A DNA stretch of 64,000 nucleotides from an uncultured delta proteobacterium (GTDB taxonomy: Bacteria > Desulfobacterota > Binatia > UBA9968). The DNA lies in assembly GCA_963760795.1 (NCBI GenBank), contig CAVXEP010000012.1, positions 64,001 through 128,000 on the forward strand, given 5' to 3'. The position numbers and the translations under genes are program-made. Below are positions 44,293 through 53,673 of this stretch, piece by piece (position 1 is the stretch's first letter; each line of letters begins with the position of its first letter). Below the pieces are notes generated by a model that did not search any database, was not told where the DNA came from, and saw only the letters and a program-made list of their open reading frames with translations.

Positions 44293-45562
44293 CTAAGCCA
44301 GATTGCTGACGGTAAATTTTTTCACATACTCTTCGGGCTTCGCCGGATCGAACTCGACCTTGTCGAAGAGGGTTTCTTTCTTCATGTCTTCCTTGGGTAC
44401 GGCTGACGCTCATCTCTTTGGCAACTTCGCGATAGATGTCCGGGCGCATCACCTTATTGACGATGCCGGTGTAATCCGGCGCGCCCTTGACCATGCCCCA
44501 GCGGCGGAATTGCGAGACCCACCACACGCCGTGGGACTTCCATGGGAAGTTGGTATTGCGGTCGAAGAAGGTCATGTAGTTGGGATCTTTCTCCTTGCGT
44601 CCGTCGCCGTAATCGTAGTCGCCGAGCATGCGGCCGAGAATGACTTCTTTCTGCGTGTTGATGTACTGCGGCTTCGACACCACTTCGGCCATGTGCGGGC
44701 GGTTCTCCAACTTGTCGATATACTGGCTCGACTCGGTGACCGCCCGCAGAATCGCTTTGACAGTCTTGGGATTTTTCTCGGCGAACTCTTCGGTGAAGGC
44801 CAGAACTTTTTCCGGATGATCTTTCCAAATTTGTTGCGTCGTCACCGCGGTGTAACCAATACCGTCGGCGATGGCTCGGGCGTTCCACGGCTCGCCGACG
44901 CAAAAGCCGTCCATCTTGTCGACTTTCATATTCGCCACCATCTGCGGCGGCGGTATCGTGATCAGCGTCACGTCTTTGTCGGGATTGATGCCGCCGGCGG
45001 CGAGCCAGTAGCGCGTCCACATGGCGTGGGTGCCGGGAGGAAAAGTCATCGCAAAGGTCATCGGCTTGCCGGCCTTTTTGGCTTCGTCGACAATCGGCTT
45101 CAACTGTTGCGGCGTGCGCACGCCCTTGGCCTTCAAATCGTTCTCCAAGGTGATCGCTTGGCCGTTGCGGTTGAGCACCAACGGAATGATCATCGGCTTC
45201 ACCGGCGAGCCGAGCAGCCCCATGGTCGATGAAAACGGCATGCCGAACAGCATATGCGTCGCTTGATTTTCGCCGAGCATCATCTTGTCACGGATCGCCG
45301 CCCATGAAGCTTCCTTGGAGATCGTCGACTCGATGCCGTATTTTTTGAACAGACCAAGCTCATGGGCCATCACGATCGACGAGCAATCGGTCAATGCGAT
45401 AATGCCCAAACGAATCTTGGTCGTCTCCGGCGCATCGGCGGCATAGACACCGCCAACCCAGCCGGTCGGCAGCTGGCTCAACAACATTCCCAATGAACTC
45501 GCGCCGGCCACTTTGAGAAAATCGCGCCGGCTCGGTTTTTGAACTCTCTTCATCTCGATCAC
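44293..45562 (-). CDS. nrtA: Nitrate ABC transporter binding protein (NrtA/CmpA family, Tat signal); +1 frameshift at about 44404 near the C-terminus
   Basis: SRRDFLK, IALTDC, FAMTFPPGTH, PPPQMVAN, CVGEPW, HPEK; removing one base gives ..VAVPKEDMKKETLFDKVEFDPAKPEEY..NLA* just before nrtB. Confidence 0.9.
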
Positions 45563-47412
45563 TCCTCCACTGTGTAGCTCTCGCCCTGTCGCGCGAGTTT
45601 GAAAATTTTGGCTTTGAGCTTGGCGTCGGTTGTGCAGGCGCCGGTAGTTAAGTCGAATTTGTAGCCATGCAGCGGACAGACGACGCAGCCGTCCTCGACC
45701 CAGCCGGCCGACAACTGGCCGCCTTCATGGGGGCAAGTATTTTGCATTGCGAAGAGCTTGCCTTCATGTTTGAACACGGCGATCTCTTGATTGTTGAGTC
45801 GCAGTAGTTTCGCCGCGCCCTCTTTGATCTCGTCGGCGCGAATGACCGGCTTGGCCGGTTCGGCCTTAGCTTCAGGCTTTATGCCAAGCGCCGGCGCTTG
45901 GGGGATTTTTCTCAGTTGCTGGCGCATCGCTTTGAAAGCGCCATGCTTGACCAAGCCGGCGACCGCCTCCGCCAGGTCTTCGCAGGGAACGTCTTCTAAA
46001 AGCTTAATCGGAAAATTCGCTTCGCAACCGGCCGCGCCGCCGGCGAAGACATCGACCGCTTCGACCACTTCGCCGTTGAGTTTGATATTCTTGCCGAGCA
46101 GTCCGATGTCGGCGATGGTGTGATTGCCACAGCTCGCCGGACAACCAGACCAATGCATGCGCAGCGGCTGCGTCTTACCCAATTTTGTTTCCAGCAAGCG
46201 CGCGGTCTTGAGCGCCCAGCCTTTGGTGTCGATCAAAGCGAAGTGACAGAAATCCATGCCCGTGCAGCTCACCAGACCGCGCATGACTTCGGAGGGATCG
46301 TAGCGTAGCTCCCGGAGCACAGGCTCGTCGGTAAGCGCGCCGATCTTCGCGTCGGGAACATCGGAGATAATCACGTTCTGCCCGACCGTCAGACGCAACT
46401 GGCCGCTGCCATAGTTTTCGGCCAAGTCAGCCACCTGCTGCATCTGTTCCGAAGTCATGCGCCCAACAGGCACGGCTAAACCGACATAGTTCAGCCCCGC
46501 CTGTTGCTGGCGAAACACGCCGACATGATCGGTGTGTTTCGGCGTGCGTTGATCTTTTCCCGCCGAGGCAAGCGGGCGATCGACGCGACGTTCCAATTCC
46601 ATGCGAAATTTTGCCACGCCCCATTCTTCGATCAGAAATGCCAAGCGCGCCTTGGTGCGCAGCTCGCGCGCGCCATGGTCGCGGAAGATCATGACGATAT
46701 GCGAGCAGACCGCCGCCGCTTCATCGGGTGTAACGAATAAATCCAACGGCGACGCCATGCGAAAACCGCCGGAACCGAGCTTGCCGCCGGCGGCGACGTT
46801 GAAGCCCGTCACCGGCGCGCCGTCAATTTCTTTCAACGCCGGCGTCAAAGCCAAATCCTGCGCTTCGGCGTGGGTGCAGGCTTCTTTGCAAGCAGTAATG
46901 GTTACGTTGAATTTGCGCGGCAAATCCGTGAATGCCCGGTTGCCGATAAACAAGTCGGTGAACTGGCGCGCCACTGGCGAAGCATCGAACAGCTCGTTGG
47001 GAGTCAGACCGGCAACCGGGCAGCCGATGACGCCGCGGATGTTGTCCATGCCGGTTTGCAGCGAAATCAAATCCACCGCGCGGAGCCTCTGCCAGATCTC
47101 CGGCACGTCGTTGATTCTGAATTCGCGCAACTGCATCTGCTGGCGCGTGGTGATATCGGCGAAGCCTTTGCCGAAGTCGCGGCTGATTTCACCGATGGTG
47201 CGCAGCTGCGGCGCGCTCATGAAGCCGTTGGCGAATCGCAGCCGCATCATGAAGCGGCCCGGCGTTTGACGCCGAAAGAAAATCCCGGCCCATTTTAAAC
47301 GCTCCTTGTCACCGTCGGTGATGCTTTCCCAACCTTCAGCAGCGTAGCGCGGAATGTCATCGAGAATATCTAGGCCGGCTTTCTCCTTCTTATACTCTTC
47401 AATCTTGTTCAT
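45559..47412 (-). CDS. nirA: Ferredoxin-nitrite reductase fused to a C-terminal Rieske domain
   Basis: NKIEEYK, DITTRQ, LPRKFN, CTGMDFC, SGCPASCG; C-terminal CPHEGG..CPLHG. Confidence 0.92.
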   Translation of the reverse strand: MNKIEEYKKEKAGLDILDDIPRYAAEGWESITDGDKERLKWAGIFFRRQTPGRFMMRLRFANGFMSAPQLRTIGEISRDFGKGFADITTRQQMQLREFRINDVPEIWQRLRAVDLISLQTGMDNIRGVIGCPVAGLTPNELFDASPVARQFTDLFIGNRAFTDLPRKFNVTITACKEACTHAEAQDLALTPALKEIDGAPVTGFNVAAGGKLGSGGFRMASPLDLFVTPDEAAAVCSHIVMIFRDHGARELRTKARLAFLIEEWGVAKFRMELERRVDRPLASAGKDQRTPKHTDHVGVFRQQQAGLNYVGLAVPVGRMTSEQMQQVADLAENYGSGQLRLTVGQNVIISDVPDAKIGALTDEPVLRELRYDPSEVMRGLVSCTGMDFCHFALIDTKGWALKTARLLETKLGKTQPLRMHWSGCPASCGNHTIADIGLLGKNIKLNGEVVEAVDVFAGGAAGCEANFPIKLLEDVPCEDLAEAVAGLVKHGAFKAMRQQLRKIPQAPALGIKPEAKAEPAKPVIRADEIKEGAAKLLRLNNQEIAVFKHEGKLFAMQNTCPHEGGQLSAGWVEDGCVVCPLHGYKFDLTTGACTTDAKLKAKIFKLARQGESYTVEE

Positions 47413-47431
47413 CGCTCGCGATGCTCTATAC

Positions 47432-47446
47432 GCAACGCTTATGCCG
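47432..47446 (-). promoter_or_regulatory. sigma54 promoter (nirA-nrt-nas operon)
   Basis: CGGCATAAGCGTTGC. Confidence 0.7.
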
Positions 47447-47508
47447 CCATGTGGATCGGCAAGAATAGAATGAATTCAGCAATTTCGACGCTCGGCTCGA
47501 AAGCGGCT

Positions 47509-47547
47509 TGCCCACGGTTTATTCGCGTCCCGCCCACAATTTAGGCA
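47509..47547. promoter_or_regulatory. Paired NtrC-like enhancer boxes
   Basis: TGCCCACGGTTTATTCG and CGCCCACAATTTAGGCA, 22 bp apart. Confidence 0.55.
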
Positions 47548-47676
47548 AACGCTCCCGGAGCGCCCCGTGTAATCAGCGCTTGCCAACCAAGCGCTTGATG
47601 CCAACATTCCGAGCCAGCTAGTCCATCCGTCTGGTTGACGCCGGCCTGAACGACAGATGGCCTGGCGATTGTCCGG

Positions 47677-48219
47677 TTATCTCGCCGCCGGCAACAGATC
47701 GAAAGTCAACAAACCATTTTTTGGCTCCGGACGGTCGCCGGCCGCCGGTGGATCCAACAAAACAGGACATGACAGCCGTCCGGCGATGGTGACAAGTTTT
47801 AGCGTGATTAGATCGGGAAACAGCCGCCTCCGGCGGAGTTTGAGAACTAGCAGATCGACTTCCTCATCGCGCATGAAGTTGGCTATTTCTCTGGTTAACT
47901 TGCCGAGTCTGACCACCTTCTTAACCCTGTCCTGACTCAGCGGCTCGGCCTCACGCTCGACAAAGTTCCACAGATCGAGCGCCCGCTCGCGCATCACAAG
48001 GTCCAGCGGGATGGTTGCCAAGCCGTCTAAGGGAAACCGCCAACCGTCCACCGGCACGATCGAAGACAGCAGCCTATCGCTCTCGACTTTTTCATCGATG
48101 ACATGCAACGCGATCAGCTGCGCTCCGGTTTCTCGCGCTATTGAGGCAGCATCGCGCAAGGCTTGGCCGGACTCGGGAGAAAAATCGATCGGGACTAAAA
48201 TCTTTGTTACTTTGTGCAT
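47677..48219 (-). CDS. Universal stress protein
   Basis: KILVPIDFS, LHVI, CPVL; AGGAG RBS before ATG at 48219. Confidence 0.85.
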   Translation of the reverse strand: MHKVTKILVPIDFSPESGQALRDAASIARETGAQLIALHVIDEKVESDRLLSSIVPVDGWRFPLDGLATIPLDLVMRERALDLWNFVEREAEPLSQDRVKKVVRLGKLTREIANFMRDEEVDLLVLKLRRRRLFPDLITLKLVTIAGRLSCPVLLDPPAAGDRPEPKNGLLTFDLLPAAR

Positions 48220-48275
48220 GTTCATCTCCTTGACCCAAATAGGGTTAATAACGGGGTGGATAGTTAGAACCATGG

Positions 48276-49277
48276 CTATTTTTTGTATAGGCCGTCGATA
48301 TAACCGCTGCTGTCGATCTCCTTCAGCAAACCGAGATTGACGAATGTATCGGCCCTGGAGCCTTTGGCTTTGGCGTTTCGGAGCGCCAAATCGGCGATCT
48401 GAAATTCCAGGCCCTTGAGAGTCGGATAAGGTTTCTTCTCAGTCAGTTTCTTGTAGGCCGAATAAGTTTCGTCGAGAATTTCGTTATCCTTGATCCTTAA
48501 CCGTTTGGCCAATATCTCTTTGGTTTTTTTCTCATCGGTCATCCAGACATGAATGCCGGCGATGAACGCCTTGAGAAACCGGCGTGCCGTATCCGGTCTG
48601 GTCGCAAGCATGCGCTCCGTGGTAGCCAAGGCTTCATGCTGATAATGCAAGCCGAGATCCGCCATGTCCGCGAGAATTCGATATCCCAATTTCTTGGCGG
48701 TGAGATCGAAGGGGGGCGAGATCACCGTCGCTTGCACCGTACCGCCGGTGAGCGCCGCGAAACGAGCGCCCTGATCGCCCAACTGGACTAAGGTAATGTC
48801 TTTGCCTGGAAACAAGCCATTCTGTTCAAAGGCATAACGTAACGCGAGATCTGAAGTGGTGCCGAACCGGCTGACTGCCGCCTTGGCGCCCTTCAAGTCC
48901 TCGAACCGGCGGACGGCTTTGTCGGCGACGATGCTGTAAGGCACCGTATTCATGTAGCCTGCGATGATGGTGATGTCCGAACCGGCAACCCGCGCGGCAA
49001 TGACCTCCGATCCCGAAGACACGATGAATTGCACGCCGCCGGCAAGCAGAGATTGCACTCCCTGCGTGCCGCCCTGAAAGAAAACTAAATCCACATCCAG
49101 GCCAAATTTCTCGTACAGGCCGGTGTCTTTCGGAATGAACGCATGCGCCAGCGCGCCGCTTAACCCGGCAACACCGACGTGCAGTTTTTCCAATTTTTGC
49201 TGTGCGGCACCGTCCTTAGCGAAAGCCAAGATCGCGCACACTAGCGTTGTATAAAGTATTGTTAGTTTCATCGCCAT
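48276..49277 (-). CDS. NMT1/SsuA-type ABC substrate-binding protein
   Basis: Signal peptide, GLYEKFGLDV, DLKG..VSRFGT. Confidence 0.88.
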   Translation of the reverse strand: MAMKLTILYTTLVCAILAFAKDGAAQQKLEKLHVGVAGLSGALAHAFIPKDTGLYEKFGLDVDLVFFQGGTQGVQSLLAGGVQFIVSSGSEVIAARVAGSDITIIAGYMNTVPYSIVADKAVRRFEDLKGAKAAVSRFGTTSDLALRYAFEQNGLFPGKDITLVQLGDQGARFAALTGGTVQATVISPPFDLTAKKLGYRILADMADLGLHYQHEALATTERMLATRPDTARRFLKAFIAGIHVWMTDEKKTKEILAKRLRIKDNEILDETYSAYKKLTEKKPYPTLKGLEFQIADLALRNAKAKGSRADTFVNLGLLKEIDSSGYIDGLYKK

Positions 49278-49326
49278 CCTTTCTACTGCTCATTGGTTTC
49301 GCGGCGCTCGCCCGTTATCGGCTAAT

Positions 49327-50346
49327 TCAGTTGGGCTTTATGCCTTGCGCCGCGTAGACACTGTCGATGAAACCGCTGTCTTCAAGCTTGCGCATGATGC
49401 GGCCATCGATAATGGTAGCGACCTTAAGCTCGCCGATTTTCGGCGTGCGCAGTTTCATCAGGCGCTGCGCATTGCGCAGTCCATCGACCGAGGGAAAGGG
49501 TTTCTTCTCGACGCCGCGCAACAAGTCGTCATAACCTTCCTCGGCGGAGATCTGATCGGTCTTGAGTCGGCGCATGATGGTCTTGACTGCGGCGGGGCGG
49601 TTCTTGGGCGCGAACGTAAAGGCCATGCTTTCGATCATGGCACGGAGAAAGTTCTCGGCGATCTCCGGTTTTTGTTGTAACAGCGCGCTCGACACCATTA
49701 CCGACTGATTGATCATCGGCTGCTTGAGGTCGCTGTACTCGCCGAGGATCGTCAACCCCTTCTGGCGCAGCCGGCGGCTGAAGACGCCGTCGAGCACCGT
49801 GGCATCCACGGTGCCGTTCTCCACCGCTTGGCTTTGCACGGTTTGATCGCCCACCGCCAGCAGGGTGATGTGATCACGCTGCGGGTCTAAACCAAGGTGT
49901 TCCAACCACAGCAGCGCGCCCATCCACGAGCCGCCGCCGATGCTGGTGACGCCGACTCTTTTGCCGCGCAGATCTTCAGCGCGTTTGATATTCGGCCGGG
50001 TCACGAAATCATAGGAGTTGCGGCCGGAGAAGCTGCCGATGACTTTGACATCATAGCCGCTGCTCACCGCCGCTAACGCGGCGCTGCCGCCGCCACTGCC
50101 AACGTGAATATCTCCCGAACCCAATCCGGTCACCAGCATCGTCGCACTGCGCAGAAACACCGCCTGCGGCTCCATGCCATACTTGACAAAATAGCCCTGC
50201 TCCTCGGCCAGCCAGAGCGGCGCCATACGCGAGTTCATGGCGGCATAACCGACAACGAATTTTGCCGCTGCCTGGGCGAGAGTGGCCAGCCAGCTCAGCG
50301 CCAACAGCAGCGCAACAACCGATGCGATAATCTTTGCCATTTTCAT
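49327..50346 (-). CDS. NMT1/SsuA-type ABC substrate-binding protein
   Basis: Signal peptide, GYFVKYG, DLRGKRVGVTSIG. Confidence 0.88.
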   Translation of the reverse strand: MKMAKIIASVVALLLALSWLATLAQAAAKFVVGYAAMNSRMAPLWLAEEQGYFVKYGMEPQAVFLRSATMLVTGLGSGDIHVGSGGGSAALAAVSSGYDVKVIGSFSGRNSYDFVTRPNIKRAEDLRGKRVGVTSIGGGSWMGALLWLEHLGLDPQRDHITLLAVGDQTVQSQAVENGTVDATVLDGVFSRRLRQKGLTILGEYSDLKQPMINQSVMVSSALLQQKPEIAENFLRAMIESMAFTFAPKNRPAAVKTIMRRLKTDQISAEEGYDDLLRGVEKKPFPSVDGLRNAQRLMKLRTPKIGELKVATIIDGRIMRKLEDSGFIDSVYAAQGIKPN

Positions 50347-50366
50347 ATCGAGTCCTCCGCCAAATA

Positions 50367-51407
50367 TCAGTTGCCGATCAAGAGCTTTACTTTTTCCACA
50401 ATCGCGGGCGGCGTCGCCATCACTTCTTTGGCGAGCGCCTCCAACTCTTCGCCACTGGCCGGATCCATGTCGAGACGGCGTTTCTCCGCTTCAGCCAGCA
50501 GCGCCGGATCGTTGACCGCTTTGTTAAAGGCCTCGCGCAGGATCTTGATCTTGTCCGGCGCCACACCGGGCGGCGCCACCAGTGGACGGCCAAACTCATC
50601 GGAAGCAACCACGACCTTGACCAATTGCTGTACCCCCACCGGGGTCTTGTGCTTGTCCATTAGTTCATTGAAAGTCGGCACCTCTTTCAGCCGCCCGTCG
50701 CGCTTGCTGCCGGTTTGATAGAGCACGCGCACGAAATTTTTCTTGCGCCAGGTGATAAACGGCTCGCGGGCAAAGTAAGTGGAGATTGTAAACGCCCGGC
50801 ACTGCACCTCGCCTCGTTCGACTGCCAAATCGATGTCCGAACCGGCGACGTAGCCTGAGACGATGGTGAATTTAGCGCCGATGGCGTCCTCGATGAGCTT
50901 GGGCATGTAGAATGCCGCGGAGGTGACGCCGGTGGCGCCGCACTTCGGTGGCGCAGCCGCGCCGCGCACATCTTCGATGGTCTTGATGCCGGCGTCGTTG
51001 CGGATGTACATCAACGTATTCGACGAAGCCATGCTGCCGATCCAGAGAAACCGGCTCCAGTCGAATTTGACCTCTGGCCGCTTGGCGAGCTGTTCGAAGT
51101 AAAGCGCCGGGTAGATCGCGCCGAGCGTGAGCCCGTCCGGCTTGGCGAGATTGTAGACCTGATTGGTCGCAATCAGCCCTGCGGCACCGGCGACGTTCTG
51201 AATAATAATGTTTGGATTGCCAGGTATATATTTCGGCAAGTATTCCGCCAGCAGTCGGGGATAGAGATCGTAAACATCGCCGGCTTTGGTAGCGACCACG
51301 AGCGTCACTGTCTTGCCCTGGTAAAACGGCGTCTGGGCATAGATCGCCGTACTGCTCACCAGACAACCGATAACGACGATGAGCTGTGCGCGCCTTAAGT
51401 GTGCCAT
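50367..51407 (-). CDS. TctC/Bug substrate-binding protein
   Basis: FYQGKTV, IPGNP, KPDGLT, VERGEV. Confidence 0.9.
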   Translation of the reverse strand: MAHLRRAQLIVVIGCLVSSTAIYAQTPFYQGKTVTLVVATKAGDVYDLYPRLLAEYLPKYIPGNPNIIIQNVAGAAGLIATNQVYNLAKPDGLTLGAIYPALYFEQLAKRPEVKFDWSRFLWIGSMASSNTLMYIRNDAGIKTIEDVRGAAAPPKCGATGVTSAAFYMPKLIEDAIGAKFTIVSGYVAGSDIDLAVERGEVQCRAFTISTYFAREPFITWRKKNFVRVLYQTGSKRDGRLKEVPTFNELMDKHKTPVGVQQLVKVVVASDEFGRPLVAPPGVAPDKIKILREAFNKAVNDPALLAEAEKRRLDMDPASGEELEALAKEVMATPPAIVEKVKLLIGN

Positions 51408-51529
51408 GAAGTTTCTTTCTCCTTTGCTGGTTCGATCGAAATCACCGAGTTTTATTTAAGGAATCCGCTTCAGCTTCGCTGCCATAGAATGAGCCTTTCC
51501 CTTGCCGATTTGGCGCGCCGCCCTTGCGG

Positions 51530-52375
51530 TCATCGTCGCGGCACCGAGCGAGTCAGCGAGCGATCGAAAACACCCGGGTTAAAGTCTTCCGTTTCCAAGC
51601 TCACATCGAAGACGATCGCCCGCTGTCCCTGAAGAATCATCAGTTCGCCGCGTGGACTGGCGAGAAAATTGAAGCCGCCGTAGGAAACCAATCCATCCGG
51701 CATGCTCACGCCGAAACCTTCGGGATGGGGCGGCAGGACTTGCAGCGGCCGGCCGTTGAAAAAGCCAAGTACGTTGCGCTGCTTTTTCCAGCGCATAACC
51801 CCATCATCGTCCGTCGCGCGGTCGCCCGCGCCAGGCTCGAGATGTTCCGCGGTATGGTAGAGGGCGACGAGCTTAGGCTCACGCAGGAGCGCGACCGGCA
51901 ATTGCGCGGAAGAGAGTGTGCTGTACTTAGCAGCCCAGACATCGGCTGGCACCGCCAGATGGGCATGATCGGCATCGAGCGGGAATAGGTAGCGCGCGGC
52001 GCCGATGTCGAGCATGTCCTTCAGATGGCGCATGACTTCGTTGACAAACTGGCAAGGCACCCGCACTGGTACCCCGCGATAGGTCGCGGCAAAATCAGCT
52101 TTGCCGGTCATACAGCTAAAAGCTGGCAATGGGTTGCGCATCCGGCCGCCATAGTTCTCTTGATATTGATAGGCGGCGCCGATCTCGGCCGCGGAAAAAT
52201 ACCAGGGATCGCGGGAAGACTGGGCGGCCGCACTCGTCACGCCAAGGACCACGGCCGTGCCGGCGCAGCTGAGCAACCTGCCCCAAGACTTAGCCGCGTT
52301 TGTCATCCCAGTTTTGTGCTGCTGGGTCTTGCTGGGCGGGTTTGGGAATTGACTGGAAACTTTATCTTTGTTCAT
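51530..52375 (-). CDS. Hypothetical secreted protein
   Basis: 281-aa ORF with a hydrophobic signal ending AAA-Q; DADHAH and LYHTAEH His motifs; no family recognised. Confidence 0.7.
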   Translation of the reverse strand: MNKDKVSSQFPNPPSKTQQHKTGMTNAAKSWGRLLSCAGTAVVLGVTSAAAQSSRDPWYFSAAEIGAAYQYQENYGGRMRNPLPAFSCMTGKADFAATYRGVPVRVPCQFVNEVMRHLKDMLDIGAARYLFPLDADHAHLAVPADVWAAKYSTLSSAQLPVALLREPKLVALYHTAEHLEPGAGDRATDDDGVMRWKKQRNVLGFFNGRPLQVLPPHPEGFGVSMPDGLVSYGGFNFLASPRGELMILQGQRAIVFDVSLETEDFNPGVFDRSLTRSVPRR

Positions 52376-52402
52376 GGCTTCACGTCGCTAACCGTTGGTT
52401 GC

Positions 52403-52471
52403 AAACAAAAATGGCGCTTAACCCCGTATGAGGAATCAGGCGCCATTGCCATAGTCGCGGGCGTCAGCGTC
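52403..52471 (-). promoter_or_regulatory. Second candidate ANTAR leader (P1/P2 + terminator)
   Basis: P2 GGC-AAUGGC-GCC overlaps terminator AUGGCGC..GCGCCAU-UUUUGUUU; P1 GAC-GCUGAC-GCC is imperfect. Confidence 0.6.
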
Positions 52472-52493
52472 GAAACCCGGACCGTTCTTCTCG

Positions 52494-52521
52494 CGCCTGC
52501 GGCGCCTCGGCGCCGCAGGCG
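52494..52521. repeat. Perfect 13-bp GC palindrome
   Basis: CGCCTGCGGCGCC-TC-GGCGCCGCAGGCG. Confidence 0.85.
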
Positions 52522-52552
52522 AAAATATGTTTACCAACCTTTTCTTAGTTGC

Positions 52553-53323
52553 TTACAACACCGTCCCTGCCATTGCGTCGGAATACTCATGCGCATTCTG
52601 ATAAAAGATATCGACCTTCTCGTTGTTCTTTGTTTCCAGCAACAGTTGCGCGTTGGCGACCGCGCGATCAATGTCTTCGATCGGCGTCGCCGAAACTCGC
52701 CCATGACCGGGGTAGAGCGCCTTCAGAGTGAAACTGCGCAGCCGCGCCAGCGAGTCGAGGTAGTCGCCGATACTACCGCTCTCAGCGATGTAGGAGAGCG
52801 TGCCGCCGGCGAAAACGCTGTCCGCCGAAAACAGTAAACCGCAGCTGGATTCGATGATCGAAATGCAGCCGGAAGTGTGGCCCGGCGTGTGAAAGACGCG
52901 CAGCGTATAGTTGCCCAAATCGATGCGCGTCATATTTTCCAGCCACAGATGCACCCGCATCGGCGGTTCGTTGAGGTCGTTGCCCTTGTACATGGTCACG
53001 TAGTAGTCGCCGGTGGTCATCTTCGACGCGGCTAAACGATAGGCTGCGATCATCGCGGTTTCCTGAAAATAACGATTGGCGCCAATATGATCGCAATGCT
53101 CGTGCGAGTTGATGACCAGGTTGACGTCGCGCACCTTCATGCCGATATGGCGCAAGCCGCGCTCCAGCACCGGAAAGTTTTGATCCGAACCGGTGTCAAT
53201 CATAACGTTCATGTAATCGCCCTTGATCACGTAACTATGACTGCTGCCCTTGCGGCCGCGAATCTGAAAAATCCCCGGGTTCAGTTCGTTCACCGCGTCA
53301 TAGATCTGCGCCATTGCTTTCAA
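52553..53323 (-). CDS. MBL-fold metallo-hydrolase
   Basis: IDTG, SHEHCDH, HTPGHT, PGHG. Confidence 0.92.
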   Translation of the reverse strand: MKAMAQIYDAVNELNPGIFQIRGRKGSSHSYVIKGDYMNVMIDTGSDQNFPVLERGLRHIGMKVRDVNLVINSHEHCDHIGANRYFQETAMIAAYRLAASKMTTGDYYVTMYKGNDLNEPPMRVHLWLENMTRIDLGNYTLRVFHTPGHTSGCISIIESSCGLLFSADSVFAGGTLSYIAESGSIGDYLDSLARLRSFTLKALYPGHGRVSATPIEDIDRAVANAQLLLETKNNEKVDIFYQNAHEYSDAMAGTVL

Positions 53324-53673
53324 TGCCTTCCTGCCATCATGGCTGCTTCGAGATCATCGAAGATTTCAAACCGTTCGGCGAAACGATCGTCGTGAAAATA
53401 TCCCTTCAGTTCCGGATTGAGATGGCACAGCCTTAGCACCCCGACACGTTGATCGACTTCGCGTTTGAACGATATCAGCACGCCCACTTCCCACACGCCG
53501 AACTGCTCGAGTTGCTTTAGGTTGACGATGACTCGAATTCCCTGGCGCGTGAGCCAGCGTCGAAACAAATATCGCACCCGCAGCGGTTCATTGTTTTCAG
53601 CTTTTCCCGACGGCGTCACGATCACCCAACCAGAAACTTCGGTAAGGCGATATTGCACCGGTGTTAATTCCAT
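53320..53673 (-). CDS. STAS/anti-sigma-antagonist-like protein, 117 aa
   Basis: VIVTPSG, RVIVNLKQL, GVLRLCHLNP, FEIFDDLEAA; ATG at 53673 preferred over the ORF-track start. Confidence 0.75.
   Translation of the reverse strand: MELTPVQYRLTEVSGWVIVTPSGKAENNEPLRVRYLFRRWLTRQGIRVIVNLKQLEQFGVWEVGVLISFKREVDQRVGVLRLCHLNPELKGYFHDDRFAERFEIFDDLEAAMMAGRH

Noticed and set aside
44189-44404. Extended NrtA C-terminus overlapping nrtB
   Set aside because: Produced by the +1 insertion at about 44404; the natural end is at 44293.
52403-52480. Fluoride or ZTP riboswitch
   Set aside because: Only short matches (GGCAATGG, CGCGACT); the required pairings are missing, and the ANTAR/terminator layout fits better.
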